From positions 20,401,291-20,465,290 of the forward strand of contig NC_081390.1 of assembly GCF_030684315.1 (NCBI RefSeq): a stretch of DNA of 64,000 nucleotides, given 5' to 3'. The stretch comes from Stegostoma tigrinum. Lineage: Eukaryota. The position numbers were made by a program, and so were the translations under genes. Below are positions 51,558 to 64,000 of this stretch, in pieces; the first letter of the stretch is position 1; each line of letters starts with the position of its first letter. Under the pieces are notes generated by a model. The model saw nothing but the letters and a program-made list of their open reading frames with translations, had not been told where the DNA came from and made no database searches.

Positions 51558-54300
51558 GTGAAAGAGACAGGGAGTATGGAGTTAAATGGAAGGATAAGCA
51601 ACAGGATAGCATGTGTACAGGTGGGTTTAAGCTCGAGACAGACTAGGAATACAACAAAAACGAAGGATAGCTTAAGACATTTTAGGATTTCCAACCTCTC
51701 TAATAATGATAAAAAAGTTAGCATTAAGGCACTTTATCTAAATGCTTGTAGTATTCACAACAAAGATGAATTAACAGCACAAATCCTCTTGAATGATTAT
51801 GATGTGGTAGGCATCACAGAGACATGGTTGCAGGGAGTTCAGGACTGGCAGTTAAACTTCCAAGGAGTCACAACATATCGAAAAGACAGGGAGGTGGGCA
51901 GAGGGAGCGGGGTTGCCTTGTCAGTTGAGAATGAAATTAAATCTACGGCACTGAATGACATAGGGTCAGAGGATGTGGAGTCTGTGTGGGTGGAGTTGAG
52001 GAACCACAAAGGCAAAAAAACTATAATGGGAGTTATGTACAGACCTCCTAACAGTGATCAAGACCAGGGGCACAAGATGCACCGAGAAATAGATAGGGCA
52101 TGTCAGAAAGGCAAGGTCATGGTGATCATGGGGGACTTCAACATGCAGGTGCACTGGGTGAATAATGTTGCCGATAGATCCAAAGAAAGGGAATTCATGG
52201 AATGTTTGCAGGATGGCTTGTTGGAACAGCTTGTGATGGAGCCCACAAGGGAGCAGGCTTTTCTGGACTTAGTGCTATGTAATGAGCCAGACTTTATAAA
52301 AGACATTAAAGTAAGTGAACACTTAGGAGGCAGCGATCATAATATGATAGATTTCAGTCTGTAGTTTGAAAGAGAGAAGGCAAAATCAGATGTAATGGTG
52401 TTACAGTTAAATAAAAGTAATTACAGGGGCATGAGAGAGGAATTGACGAAAATCGACTGGAAGCAGAGCCTAGCAGGGAAGACAGTAGAGCAACAATGGA
52501 AGGAGTTTCTGGGTGTAATTGAGGACACAGTACAGAGGTTCATCCCAAAGAAAAGAGAGATTATCCGGGGTGGGGTTAGACAGCCATGGCTGACAAAGGA
52601 AGTCAGGAAATATATCAAAGAAAAAGAGACAGCCTATAAAGTAGCCAAGAGCACTGGGAAATCAGAAGATTGGGAAGGCTACAAAAACAAACAGGATAAC
52701 AAAAAGAGCAATAAGGAAGGAGAGGATCAAATATGAAGGTAGGCTAGCTAGTAATATTAGAAATGATAGTGAAAGCTTCTTTCAATACATAAGAAACAAA
52801 CGAGAGGGAAAAGTAGACATTGGGTCATTCCAAACTGATGCTGGAAATAGCTGAAGAACTTAATAAGTACTTTGCATCAGTCTTCACAGTGGAAGACATC
52901 AGTAGTATGCCAACAATTAGGGATAGTCGGGGGCAGAGTTCAGTATGGTAGGCGTTACAAAAGAGAAAGTGCTAGAAAAGCTAAAAGGTCTAAAAATTGA
53001 TAAATCTCCTGGCCCCGATGGGCTGCATCCTAGAGTTCTGAGGGAGGTGGCTGAGGAAATAGCAGAGGCTTTGGTTGTGATCTTTCAAAAGTCACTGGAG
53101 TCAGGGAAAGTCCCCAGATGATTGGAAAATTGCTGTTGTAACCCCCTTGTTTCAGAAAGGATCAAGGCAAAAGATGGAAAATTATAGGCCGATTAGCCTA
53201 ACCTTGGTTGTTGGTTAAATTCTAGAATCCATTGTCAAGGATGAGATTTCTAAATTCCTGGAAGTGCAGGGTCAGATTAAAACAAGTCAGCATGGATTTA
53301 GTAAGGGGAGGTCGTGCCTGACAAACCTGTTAGAATTCTTTGAAGAGGTAACAAGTATGTTAGACCAGGGAAACTTAGTAGATGTTATCAATCTAGTTTT
53401 CCATAAGGCATTTGATACGGTGTCTCACGGGAGGCTGCTGAGCAAGGTGAGGGCCCATGGTGTTCGAGGTGAGCTACTGGCTTGGATTGAGGATTGGGTG
53501 TCTGACAGAAGGCAGAGAGTTGGGATAAAAGGCTCTTTCTCGGAATGGCAACCGGTGACAAGTGGTGTCCCGCGGGGTTCAGTGTTGGGGCTGCAGCTGT
53601 TCACCTTATATATTAATGATCTGGATGAAGGGACTGGGGGCATTCTGGCAAAGTTTGCCGATGATATGAAAATAGGTGGACAGGCAGGTAGCACTGAGGA
53701 GGTGGGGAAGCTGCAGAAAGATTTAGACAGTTTAGGAGAGTGGTCCAGGAAATGGCTGATGAAATTCAACGTGAGCAAATGTGAGGTTTTGCACTTTGGT
53801 AAAAAGAATACAAGCATGGACTATTTTCTAAACGGTGAGAAAATTCGCAAAGCAGAAGTACAAAGGGATCTGGGAGTGTTAGTCCAGGATTCTCTAAAGG
53901 TTAACTTGCAGGTACAGTCTGTGATTAAGAAATCGAATGTAATGTTGTCGTTTATCTCAAGAGGGTTGGAATATGCTTCTGAGACTTTATAAAGCTCTAG
54001 TTAGGCCCCATTTAGAATACTGTGTCCAATTTTGGGCCCAACACCTCAGGAAGGACATACTAGCCCAGGAGCGTGTCTAGCGGAGATTCACATGGACGAT
54101 CCCTGGAATGGTAGGTTTAACGTATGATGAACGGCTAAGGATCCTGGGATTGTACTCATTAGAGTTTAGAAGGTTGAGGGGAGATCTAATAGAAACTTAC
54201 AAGATAATGTATGGTTTAGAAGGGGTGGACGCTGGGAAGTTGTTTCCGTTAGGCGGGGAGACTAGGACCCGTGGGCACAGCCTTAGAATTATGGGGGCGT
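51558..54300 (+). pseudogene. CR1 ORF2 (AP endonuclease + reverse transcriptase) with stops and frameshifts
   Basis: APE motifs GITETW, YRPP, GDFN, LDLV and SDH. RT motifs QHGF..GRSCLTNL, KAFD, GVP.GSVLG and FADD. Premature TAG at 52362 and further frameshifts. Confidence 0.9.
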
Positions 54301-54737
54301 AAATTTAAAACTGAAATGAGACGACATTTCTTCATCCAGAGAGTGGTGGGCTTGTGGAATTCATTGCCACGGAGTGCAATGGAGGCTGGGCATTAGATGC
54401 CTTCAGGCAGAGATCGACAAATTCTTGATCTCAGAAGGAATCAAGGGCTACGGGGAGAGTGCAGGGAAGTGGAGTTGAAATGCCCATCAGCCATGATTTA
54501 AATGGCGGAGTGGACTTGATGGGCCGAATGGCCTTACTTCCACTCCTATGTCTTGTGGTCTATAATCATTTGTATTGCGGGAAGAAAGACATTGCATCAG
54601 AGCTTTACATCGTACACTCATCAGGTCAGTTTGCAAGAAATACCAAGCTAAAGAGAAAACAATCCTGTATCTGTACCGCATAAGAGGAGCGCTGATTGGT
54701 GGGCAACTGGATTCTGCCCAATATGAATCCATCTGTT

Positions 54738-55235
54738 CAAAAACAAAGTTGCTGGAAAAGCTCAGCCGGTCTGGCAGCATCTGTGAAGGAAAAGACAGTT
54801 AACGTTTCAGATCCAGTGACCCTTCCTCAGAACTGATGGTGACTGGGAAAACGTCAGTTTGTATGCAGAAAAGGAGGTGGGTGGGGTAGGGATTAAACGA
54901 TAGGATAGAGCCCACAGAGAGAAAGGATGGCAATTGGACGAAGGAATTGATAACAATCAGGCTGGGAGGGTAAATATTCTTTTGTCTGTCCAACTGTCTC
55001 CTTTCTCTCTCTTTGGGCTCTATCCTATCGTTTACTCCCTACACCACCCACCTCCCTATTTCCTGCATCTAAACTGACAGTTTCCCTGCCACCATCAGTT
55101 CTGAGGAAGGGTCACTGGATCCGAAACGTTAACTCTGTTTTCTCCTTCACAGATGCTGCCAGACCTACTGGACTTTTCCAGCAACTTCTGTTTTTGTTCC
55201 TGATTTACAGCATCCGCAGTTCTTTAGGTTTTTCT
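54738..55235. mobile_element. Penelope-like pLTR inverted pair with two hammerhead cores
   Basis: Left arm is the reverse complement of the right arm. Cores at 54801-54830 (-) and 55101-55130 (+). 14-bp TSD with 2 mismatches. Confidence 0.85.
55101..55130 (+). ncRNA. Minimal hammerhead ribozyme core (GUU triplet family)
   Basis: agtt-CTGAGGA-aGGGTCactgGATCC-GAAACGTT-aact; stem I agtt/aact. Confidence 0.65.
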
Positions 55236-55360
55236 TGAATACATCTATTAGTGAAATTAGTTGTTGACATAACCTGCAACAAGATTCTCCAAACAGCAAC
55301 TAATTAGTCAAAAGAACCAATTAATCTTTGTTTAAACTTGAGAGCGCTCTTTATTCAGAG

Positions 55361-55866
55361 GGGTGGTGCCTTGGTGGCCCAGTGGTTAACATTGCTACCT
55401 CAGTGTCAGAGACCTGGGTTCAGTTCCAGCCTCAGGTAGTTGTCTGTGTGGAGTTTGTATGTCCACCTGGTGTCAATGTGAGTTTCCTCTAGGTGCTCCA
55501 GTTCCTACCTACAGACAAAGATCTGCAAGTTCAGTGGACTGGCCAAGCTAAATTGTCTGTGGTGCGCAGGCTAGATGGATTAGAGTATAGAACAGTACAG
55601 CCCTTCAGCCCCTGATGTTGTGCTGACCTATTATTCTAATCTAAGATAAAACTACTCTGCATACTCCAACATTCTACTATCCTCCATGTGCCTATCCAAG
55701 AGCCACTTAAATGTCCCTAATGTATCTGACTCCACTACCACTGCGGGCAGCGCATTCCACACGCCCACTACTCTCTATGTAAAGAATTAGGGAAATGTGG
55801 GGTTATGAGGATGTTTGGTCTGGATGGAGGATGGGTGCAGACACCCTGCACTGTAGGGATGCTATA
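55361..55866 (+). mobile_element. V-SINE with an antisense CR1 3' fragment inserted (~55585-55788)
   Basis: SINE head and V-domain, interrupted by tagaacagtacag..cccttcagccc..cattccacacgcccactactctct. Confidence 0.7.
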
Positions 55867-57714
55867 CCATCATTCTTTAAAGATGTCACCAACGTTCTTT
55901 TAATCAGAGTCTTCTGGATCAGTGTATCTGAGCTGCTCCATTTTAGTCTGTTATAACTTCACTTCAGTAAAGATCACAGCAGTGAGAGTCATACATTACT
56001 CATTCATACTCAGGGAACTTATCATCCCTTTCTCTCAGTGCCTGCATCAGCTCTTTCTACAATTAGATCATGCTGCTGTCGTCAATGTTTTCTGTACAAT
56101 GCCATCCTGTGACATTGACGCTGTTGAGTGATTCTGTTTAGAATGGTCAAGCCAGAAATCCTGGAGAACTGCTTTTTGGAAAAAACATCACTGCATCCTC
56201 ACTCCAAATTACTTGGCATTGATAAACGCCCTTGTTCCCAAACCTGGAAATGCAGGCTGTTTGCTCGTGCATGTTCGTGTGTCTGAGTAAGCACGATCGA
56301 ATACATCTCAAAACATTATCACTGCAGTGCAGAATACTGACTTTATAACTCTGCAGCAAAAGAGCAATCAATCAGAATTTCTGGCGATGAGTGCAATTAT
56401 ATTAAAATGGAATGAGTGTCACTACTTCAGCAGAGAACACTGATTTAATTGAACATGACGTTCAAGGAATCAAGCAGCGTTTCTATCAAAAACAGTTATA
56501 TTCACATAATTAACCACCTTGGAATTGGTATATAAATGAATTAGATGCATACCCTTGTGGATTAGGACTCAGGCTGTTGAACTAATCGACAACGAATAGG
56601 CAATAAGAGTTTTTTTTAAATAATTGAGAAAACCTTTTTGTCAAAGTAGGATTTACTTGGGTCAGTCATTGTGATATAAAAATTTTCACCCTTGTTTCAA
56701 AATCTCTCCATGTCATCCTCCTCCATCTCTCCGTAACCTTCTCCAGGCCCTGAGATCCTCCAAATCCAGAATTTTACACATGCCCGATTCACGGCTGTGC
56801 ATGCCCTAGACCCTAAGCTTTGGAATTCCAGCCGTAAGCCACCCTGTCTTTTTTAAAAACATTAATTCATGGCATGTGGCTGACACTGGCTGTGTCAGCA
56901 TTTCTTGCCCATCCCTAGTTGCCCTTGAAAAGGTGGTGGTGTGCTGCCTTCTTGAATTGTTGCAGTCCAGTGCTGTAGGATGACCCACAATGCTTTGAGG
57001 GAGGGAATTCCGGGATTTCGATCCAATGACACTGGACAACCAGCGACACATTTCCAAGATGGGACCGGGAGTGGCTTGGAGGGGAACTTGCCAGTAGTGT
57101 TATTCCCATATATCTGTGCCCTTAGTCCTCTAGCTGGTAGTTTTATGGCTTTAGAAGATGCTGTCTAAGGAGCTTTGGTGAATTTCCACAGTCCTTACTG
57201 TAAATAGTACACACTGCTGCTACTGAGCATCACTGCTGCATGCAGTGAATGTTTGTGGCTGCTTCGTCCTGACTTTCTGCCCGTCTCTCCTTGTTTACCT
57301 CTCCTTAAACCTATTTCTTTGATAAAGTCTTTGGTCACCTTTCTTATTTTCCTTTCTTCATCTTTCTGTCAAACTTCACCTGAAAACACCGCTGATTGGC
57401 TGTCCAGGCAGTGAGGTACAATTTACCCAAGCAGGGTCACTGGCTGAAATGAAACTATGTGCCTAATGTTTTTTACTTTTGCAGATACAAATCTCACCTC
57501 TGGTGTAAATGGATTCTGACCGTCTATAATACAGTAGCCGTAGTGTCACTTTCTCATTAGAGACGGATTACTAGTGTTGAGTTCACCCTGAAGGTTACTT
57601 TATCTCAGGTAAGGGAATAAGCTTGGGAAGAAGGGACTTTCAACATATACTCAGCAAATTTAACTCATGCTGTTAGTATCACTCTGCATTACAAGCCAGC
57701 CATCTATCTAGCGC

Positions 57715-58270
57715 ACTTTTGGAATATGGCATTCAATTCCAGTCATCCTGCTGGAGGAGTGATGTTGCTAAACTCGCAAGGGTGCAGAAAAGGACTTACA
57801 AGCATGTTTGCTGGTGTTGAAAGGCTTGAGTTACAGGAAGAAGCTGCACAGGCTGGGGTTACTTTCCCTGGAGTGTCGGAGGCTGAGGGGGTGACCTTAT
57901 TGAGGTTTATAAAATCATGAGGCTCATGGATAAGGTGAATATTTGAGGTCTTTTCCCCAGTGTAGGAGAGTCCAAAACCAGAGGGCATAGTTTTAAGGTG
58001 AGAGGGGAAAGATTTAAAAGGGACCTGAGGGGTAACCATTTCATGCAGAGAGTGATACATGTATGGAATGAGCTGCCAGAGGAGGTGGTGGAGGCTGGCA
58101 CAGTTGCAACATTTAAAAACATCTGGATGGGGACATGAACAGGGTTTAGGGGGATATGGGCCAAGTCCTGGCAAATGGGACTAGATTAATTTAGGCTATC
58201 AGGTTGACATGGACAAATTGGACCGAAGCATTTGCTTCCATGCTATACAACTCTGTGACTCTATAACTCC
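57715..58270 (+). mobile_element. CR1 (HER1-like) 3' fragment
   Basis: gaggctgagggggtgaccttattgaggtttataaaatcatgagg...ggaatgagctgccagagg. Confidence 0.82.
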
Positions 58271-59525
58271 CCCAAACTGTCAACATAGCAAAGACAAAGC
58301 TGCTGTTACAAAATCTGTATTGAGAACTTGGTCAGATTATCAATCAGTCTTGGATTTACAGCATAATATATACAACAGAAAATCACATTCTCCAGCTGAT
58401 GGGATTGTGGCTGTTCTGCATACTGTTTACATTTGCCTGTCACCTTGTTTGTTTCAAAACCCTGGACGATATGTAAAATCTGTGAAAAAATTTCCTGAGA
58501 TATAAGCTTAAAATTTTGAATAAAGATGATTGTCAAATGAAGAGGTGCTTGAAATCACAGGAAGAAATGAAAGTCTAAAGAGAAATATCCAGAACAGAAA
58601 ATGCAAGCATTTGGCCATTGGATCATGGATGAAAAGTCACAGAGATCTCTTCTGGAGAGCAACAGCAAGAGGTGTTGAGCTGGGTGTTGCTGGATGATGG
58701 ATGTCACAGAGTGGCTATAGACAGGCTACAGTAGATGTGTGAGGATTGGATGAAGACAGAGAGGCCTAAGACACCATGACAGTAGATCTCTCCCAACAGC
58801 AGCAGCATTATAGTCCCACAATCAATTTACCAATGCGATCTCTATAAAGTAACTGGTAAATCTATTCTCACTTTGCTGCTGTGCTTATCAAGCCCTGTTA
58901 TGTATATCTCCTCCCCTGATGTTGCTGATTGTTTCGTCATTGCTTCTTGCTTTCGCTCTAAACTGCAGAGTTTTACTCATTCTATTTCCCAGTTCACCGT
59001 CCGCTTTGTGTTCCATTCCATTCTCTTGATTTTCTCTTCATTTTCAGCTATCACTTCTCAATTGCCTAAATTCCATTTCTGCCCATTTCCCTTCCTTAAA
59101 AAAAACTCAATCCCGTTCTCCATCTCAATCTGCTGTAATAATGATGCTTGCAGTGCTAAAGTTTCTGAAATGCTTCTTCTCGGCCATGACTTCATTTCCA
59201 TTGCTCTCAAGGCTGTCCACTACATCCATCACATTCACCTTGATGTTTACTTATACTCCCTTTCCTTCTGTTATGCGAACCATAGGAGCAGAAATAGGCC
59301 ATTCAGCCCATCAAGTCCACTCTGCCATTGAATGAGATCACGGCTGATCTAATAAACATTGACTTCGCTTTCCTGTCTTATCCCATAACCCTGATTACCT
59401 TACTGAGTACAATTCTTTCTGTCTTCACCTTGAATATATTTAACAACACAGCCTTGACGATCCTCTGCAGTAAAGAATTCCACTGATTCACCAACTTCTG
59501 AGAAAAAAAACTCGTATCCATCTCA

Positions 59526-60648
59526 GATAAAGTGTGGAGCTGGATGAACACAGCCGCCAAGCAGCATCAGACGTGCACAAAAGCTGACGTTTCGGGCCTA
59601 GACCCTTCTTCGGAAAAGGGGGAGGGGAAGGCAGTTCTGAAATAAATAGGGAGAGAGGGGGAGGCAGATTGAAGATGGACAGAGGAGAAAGGTGGAGAAG
59701 AGACATACAAGTTAAAGGGGCAGGGATGGAGCCTGTAGAGGTGAATATAGGTGGGGAGGTAGGGAGCAGATAGGTCAGTCCGGGGAGGATGGACAGGTCA
59801 AGGGGGTGGGATGAGGTTAATAGGTAGGAAATGGGGGTGAGGCTTGAGGCAGGAGGAGGGGATAGGTGAGAGGAAGGACAGGTTTGGGGAGGCGGGGATG
59901 AGCTGGGATACAGTTGCGGGGGGGAGATTTTGAAGCTTGTGAAGTCGTCATCAATACCATTGGGCTGCAGGGTTCCCAAGTGGAATATGAGTTGTTTATT
60001 TTGGTTTGCAATTAACTGCACCTCCCAGTCGTGAATCATTTCAACTCCCCCTCCCAATCCTCAGATGACATGTCCATCCTGGGCCTCCTGCAGTGCCACA
60101 GCAATGCCACCCGAAGGTTGCAGGAACAGCACCTCATATTCCACTTGGGAACCCTGCAGCCCAATGGTACCAGTGTGGATTTCACAAGCTTCAAAATCTC
60201 CCCTCCCCCCACTGCAACCCAAAACCAGCCCCGCTCGTCCCCGCCCCCCTAACCTGTATTCCTCCCAGCTATCTCCTCCTCCCACCTCAAGATACACCCA
60301 ATCTCCTACCTACTAACCTCATCCCTCCCCCTTGACCTGTCCGTCCTTCCTGGACTGACCTATCTCCTCCCTACTTCCCCACCTACACTCACCTTTACTG
60401 GCTCCACCCCTGCCTCTTTGACCTGTCTGTCTCCTCTCCACCTCTCTTCTCCCCTGTCCGTCTTCAATCCGCCTCCCCCTCTCTCCCTATTTATTTAAGA
60501 ACCCTCTCCCCCTCCCCCTTTTCTAAAGAAGGATCTAGGCCCAAAACATCAACTTTTGTGCTCCTAAGATGCTGCTTGGCCTGCTGTGTTCATCCAGCTC
60601 CACACTTTGTTACCTCGGATTCTCCAGCATCTGCAGTTCCCATTATCT
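59526..60648. mobile_element. Penelope-like element with inverted pLTR arms (~1.1 kb fold-back)
   Basis: 59526-60000 is the reverse complement of about 60125-60610. GIY-YIG tail HFNSPS..DDMSILGL. Flanked by a 13-15 bp direct repeat. Confidence 0.88.
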
Positions 60649-61528
60649 CTCATATCCATCTTAAATGGGCATCACTTTTCTGATATTATGGCCTCTGATT
60701 CTTGACACTCCCAACAGGGAAACAACCTCTGCACATCCATTTTGTCAAGCCCTTTTGGAATCCAAACGGATCCTTTGCCTTATCCTTGACCGGATTCTTC
60801 TTCACATGTGCTTGAAGCAGACTTTCTGGCTAAGTGTCAGGGTATTGTTCACCAGAACATGGCAGGGTGCCACCTGATGTATCACTTGTGTGCAGAACGT
60901 TTCACTGTTTTCAATGTATTGATGGAAAATAATGTGTTCCTGCTAACTGTTCAAAGCAAATTAGTACATTTACATCAGACACGAGGAGATAGAAGTATAT
61001 TTAATGACTAAACGTTTGATTTCATTGCAGTTAAAGTGTTTGCTTGGTAGACATTGCTCTTGTGTTGAAATGAAAGGAAAAGCTGTCACTGGTGCAGTCA
61101 AGTCGCTTTCAATCTGCCACCTTCAGAAGTGTCCTTACAAGGCAAAGAAATTGGGAACACATCTGCCCTCTGGTCACTCGGTAATGACTCAAGAATTCAC
61201 ATTAAGATTGTTTGCGTGAAGACCAGCAATCTCACTTCAATGTGATGTGCAAGTCATACTACATTACCTAATGTATCCTCAAGGTGGCACTGCGGGTCAA
61301 CAGTAGCTTTGCATTCTCTAGAGACTTTAGTATCATCACGTACCAAAATGTTTTACATAAGTGTGATGAGACAAAATTAGGCACCACTCCACGTAAGGAA
61401 ATGTTAGGACAGGCCATCAAAAATCTGTCAACGAGATCGAGTGAACATAGGAAACAGAAGCAGGCAATTCAGATTTTTAGTTTATTTGTTTCAGCAGTGG
61501 TAGGCCTGTATCTTAACTCCACTGACCT

Positions 61529-61823
61529 CGAATCAAATCGAATCCCTACAGTGTGGAAACAGGCCCTTTGGCCCAACAAGTCCGCACAGAATCTTGGACC
61601 ATCCCACTATATCCCACCCAATCTACACCACCCCCCCCCCGAACACTACTATTTAGCATGGCCAATCCACCCTAACCAGCACATCTTTGGACTGTGGGAG
61701 GGAAACCGGAGCACCCGGATCAAACCCACGCAGACACGGGGAGAATGTGCAAACTCCACACTGTCAGTGGCCTGAGGCTGGAATTGAACCTGGGTCCCTG
61801 GCGCTGTGAAGCAGCAGTGCTAC
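61529..61823 (-). mobile_element. V-SINE/HE1-type SINE
   Basis: Reverse copy with V-domain. Confidence 0.83.
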
Positions 61824-62691
61824 CTCTTCAGTTCAATAAACCTTGTGAAATTAAAAGCAGTCAATATCATCCTGACAGTTTCATTTTCCAAACTTTCTTC
61901 AGGGAGAACGTTCCACATTTCTACAAACTTTTGTTCAGAGAAATTCGTCCCTGTAATAGCTCCTGAAATAGCTAGTCTGAATTTTAAAGTTGTACCTGAT
62001 GTTATAGAGCTCCCCCAGTTGCTTGGTTAGTTCAGTTGGCTGGATGTCTGGTTTATGATATAGATTGATACCAACAGTATAGGTTCAATTTCTGTGCTGG
62101 CTGAAGGTACCATCAGGGATTCTGTTTCTGAATCTCTCCCCATGTCTGAGGTTTTGATTCTCTTAAATGAGAGTCCAGTGCTTGGGCCTGGTAGGACTCT
62201 GGTAACTTTCTGGACATCCCCCCCCCCCCCCCCCAGGAAATAATCTTCATTTACCCTGCCTTATCAAACGCCCCTCAATTTTTCACCCTTTGTCTGTACT
62301 CAGTGGAACAAAAACCTCATCAGTACAATCTGCCTTACTCTAAAGGAGATACAGAGTTGGAAAGAGGCAGCAAGCAGTGCTGTTACCACAGACCGCAGTA
62401 ACACACAGCAACTCAAGTCCCTCTAATGCTGGAGTTGTCACAAAAGTTAATTTCTTTTTCAACAAAATCCCCAAACTACATGATGCTCAGTACTTACCAC
62501 GAATCCCAATTTATTACATGTTGTTAGACTCCAGTTACAGGTAAGCGATTGTAAACTATTGTCATATAAGATGACAAGTTAAAAATTTAAACCCCCTTTA
62601 TAAACTCACAGGCAGACAGAAACAGCAAAAGAAAATGTATCGGTTTAGGAAAATACTGAAAAGAAAAGCCCAGTATTATATATATTATATG

Positions 62692-62831
62692 GACCCTTTT
62701 CTGATGAAGGGTCTAGGCCTGAAATGTCAGCTTTTGTGCTCCTGAGATGCTGCTGGGCCTGCTGTGTTCATCCAGCCTCACATTTTATTATCTCGGATTC
62801 TCCAGCATCTGCAGTTCCCATTATCTCTGAC
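62692..62831 (+). mobile_element. Penelope pLTR fragment
   Basis: ctgatgaagggtctaggcctgaaatgtc core. TSD cccagtattatata at 62669-62682 and 62832-62845. Confidence 0.85.
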
Positions 62832-64000
62832 CCCAGTATTATATAGTGATTAGTAAGAGAATCAAAGGTAACAGGCAGAAGGCAGGAGAATAGGGTTGAG
62901 AAACATGTAGGATCAGAGATATACAGCATGTAAACAGACCCTTTGTCCAACTCGTCCATGCTGACCAGATATCCTATATAAATCTAGTGCCATTTGGCCC
63001 ATATCCCTCTAAACCCTTCCTATTCATGTACCCAACCGGATGCCTTTTAAATGTTGTAATTGTATCAGCCTCCACCACTTCCTATGGCAGCTCATTCCAT
63101 ACATGCTCTATCCAATGTGTGAATTGCCCCTTAGGTCCCTTTTATATCTTTGCCCTCTCTCTGTCATGATGAAATGGTGGAGGAGACTCAATGGGCGAAT
63201 TCTGCTCCTATGGGTTATGATTGTTCCCTACTGTGTGTTGGTAGGATCTGTCGGGTTGGTTGATGCCAATCTGAAGCTCTTCACCTTTGTCTGAATGCCT
63301 CTACTAGTTTGCAAGAAGTGCACTGTGGCTGGATCACTGATAAAAAAAGTCTCTGCAAATTCAATGTCACAGTTTGCATTAACCGCTGAAGGAATACGAG
63401 CTGGTTTTCCCATTTAAAATGTCTTCTGCAGAGACCTGGAGACAGAGTTTTTTGGCTGCTGCAGACCTGCTGATTTCTCTTCAGGTTTGACAAAACTTCT
63501 ATCAGTCTTGCTTATAGCCCAAGTTGTTCAGCTCACTGACAACCAATCACACAGCGGTTGGCAGGCAAATGATAATTATCGTTGGTAGACAATAAACCAA
63601 ATGGCTTCACTTGTAAACACCTCCTTGGCTCCAGTTTGTCTGTAAGTTGCTGGAGCTCACTACTCTTACAAACAGGATTCACAACAGCTATCACACTCTT
63701 TCCTTTCTAAATACACAGCTATATTTGTGAATCCATTACTCAGTTCTTTCTCATTTTAGTCTCCAGTTTTAAAAACCAAAATAAAAAGATGCACAGTCTT
63801 TATTACCTCTGAACTAGAATCCCACAGGTTCAGATCCCACTCCAGGACTTTATTGACATGGTGTGTACAATCCTTCCGATACACCTGTGGTGGATGGTGA
63901 GAGTGTGGAGAGTCTTCCTGTCAATCATGCTCAATAGAAAGAGATGCCTATCACATCTGGCAACACCTTCCGGGGGAAGAAGAATCATCAGAAATAGTCA

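Larger units (their letters stand above)
50988..54562 (+). mobile_element. CR1-clade LINE, 5'-truncated within ORF1, ORF2 disrupted
   Basis: ORF1 esterase, then APE and RT domains, then a CR1 3' UTR ending ctcctatgtcttgtggtc. Confidence 0.93.

Noticed and set aside
58873-59331. 152-aa hydrophobic ORF
   Set aside because: Pyrimidine-rich strand of decayed repeat-like DNA; non-ATG start, no family motif, and it runs into a CR1 tail.
62437-63810. Possible solo LTR fragmented by later insertions
   Set aside because: Termini and TSD could not be established.

Overview
Eukaryotic, repeat-rich vertebrate DNA. The SINE, CR1 and Penelope-like repeat families point to a shark, probably an orectolobiform such as a zebra or bamboo shark; this is an inference from repeat families. 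One complete known gene is present: FUT11 (POFUT4) on the minus strand, with 3 coding exons (43912-44607, 38113-38738, 31158-31302) giving 488 aa. It has a CpG-island promoter and a G-rich minisatellite at the start of intron 1. About 4.5 kb upstream on the same strand is a 50-codon membrane microprotein gene (49151-49303), too short for the ORF track, that resembles SMIM3/NID67 and may be an ohnologue. A possible first coding exon of another minus-strand gene lies at the left edge. The rest is transposon-derived: a 5'-truncated CR1 LINE with an SGNH-esterase ORF1, many CR1 3' fragments, tRNA-derived V-SINE/HE1-type SINEs, and many Penelope-like insertions. These carry minimal hammerhead ribozyme cores, fold-back structures and a strikingly constant ~14-bp target-site duplication. 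No rRNA, true tRNA or CRISPR array was found. Most ORFs in the supplied track are spurious. All homology calls are from recognition, not database searches, and repeat boundaries are approximate.
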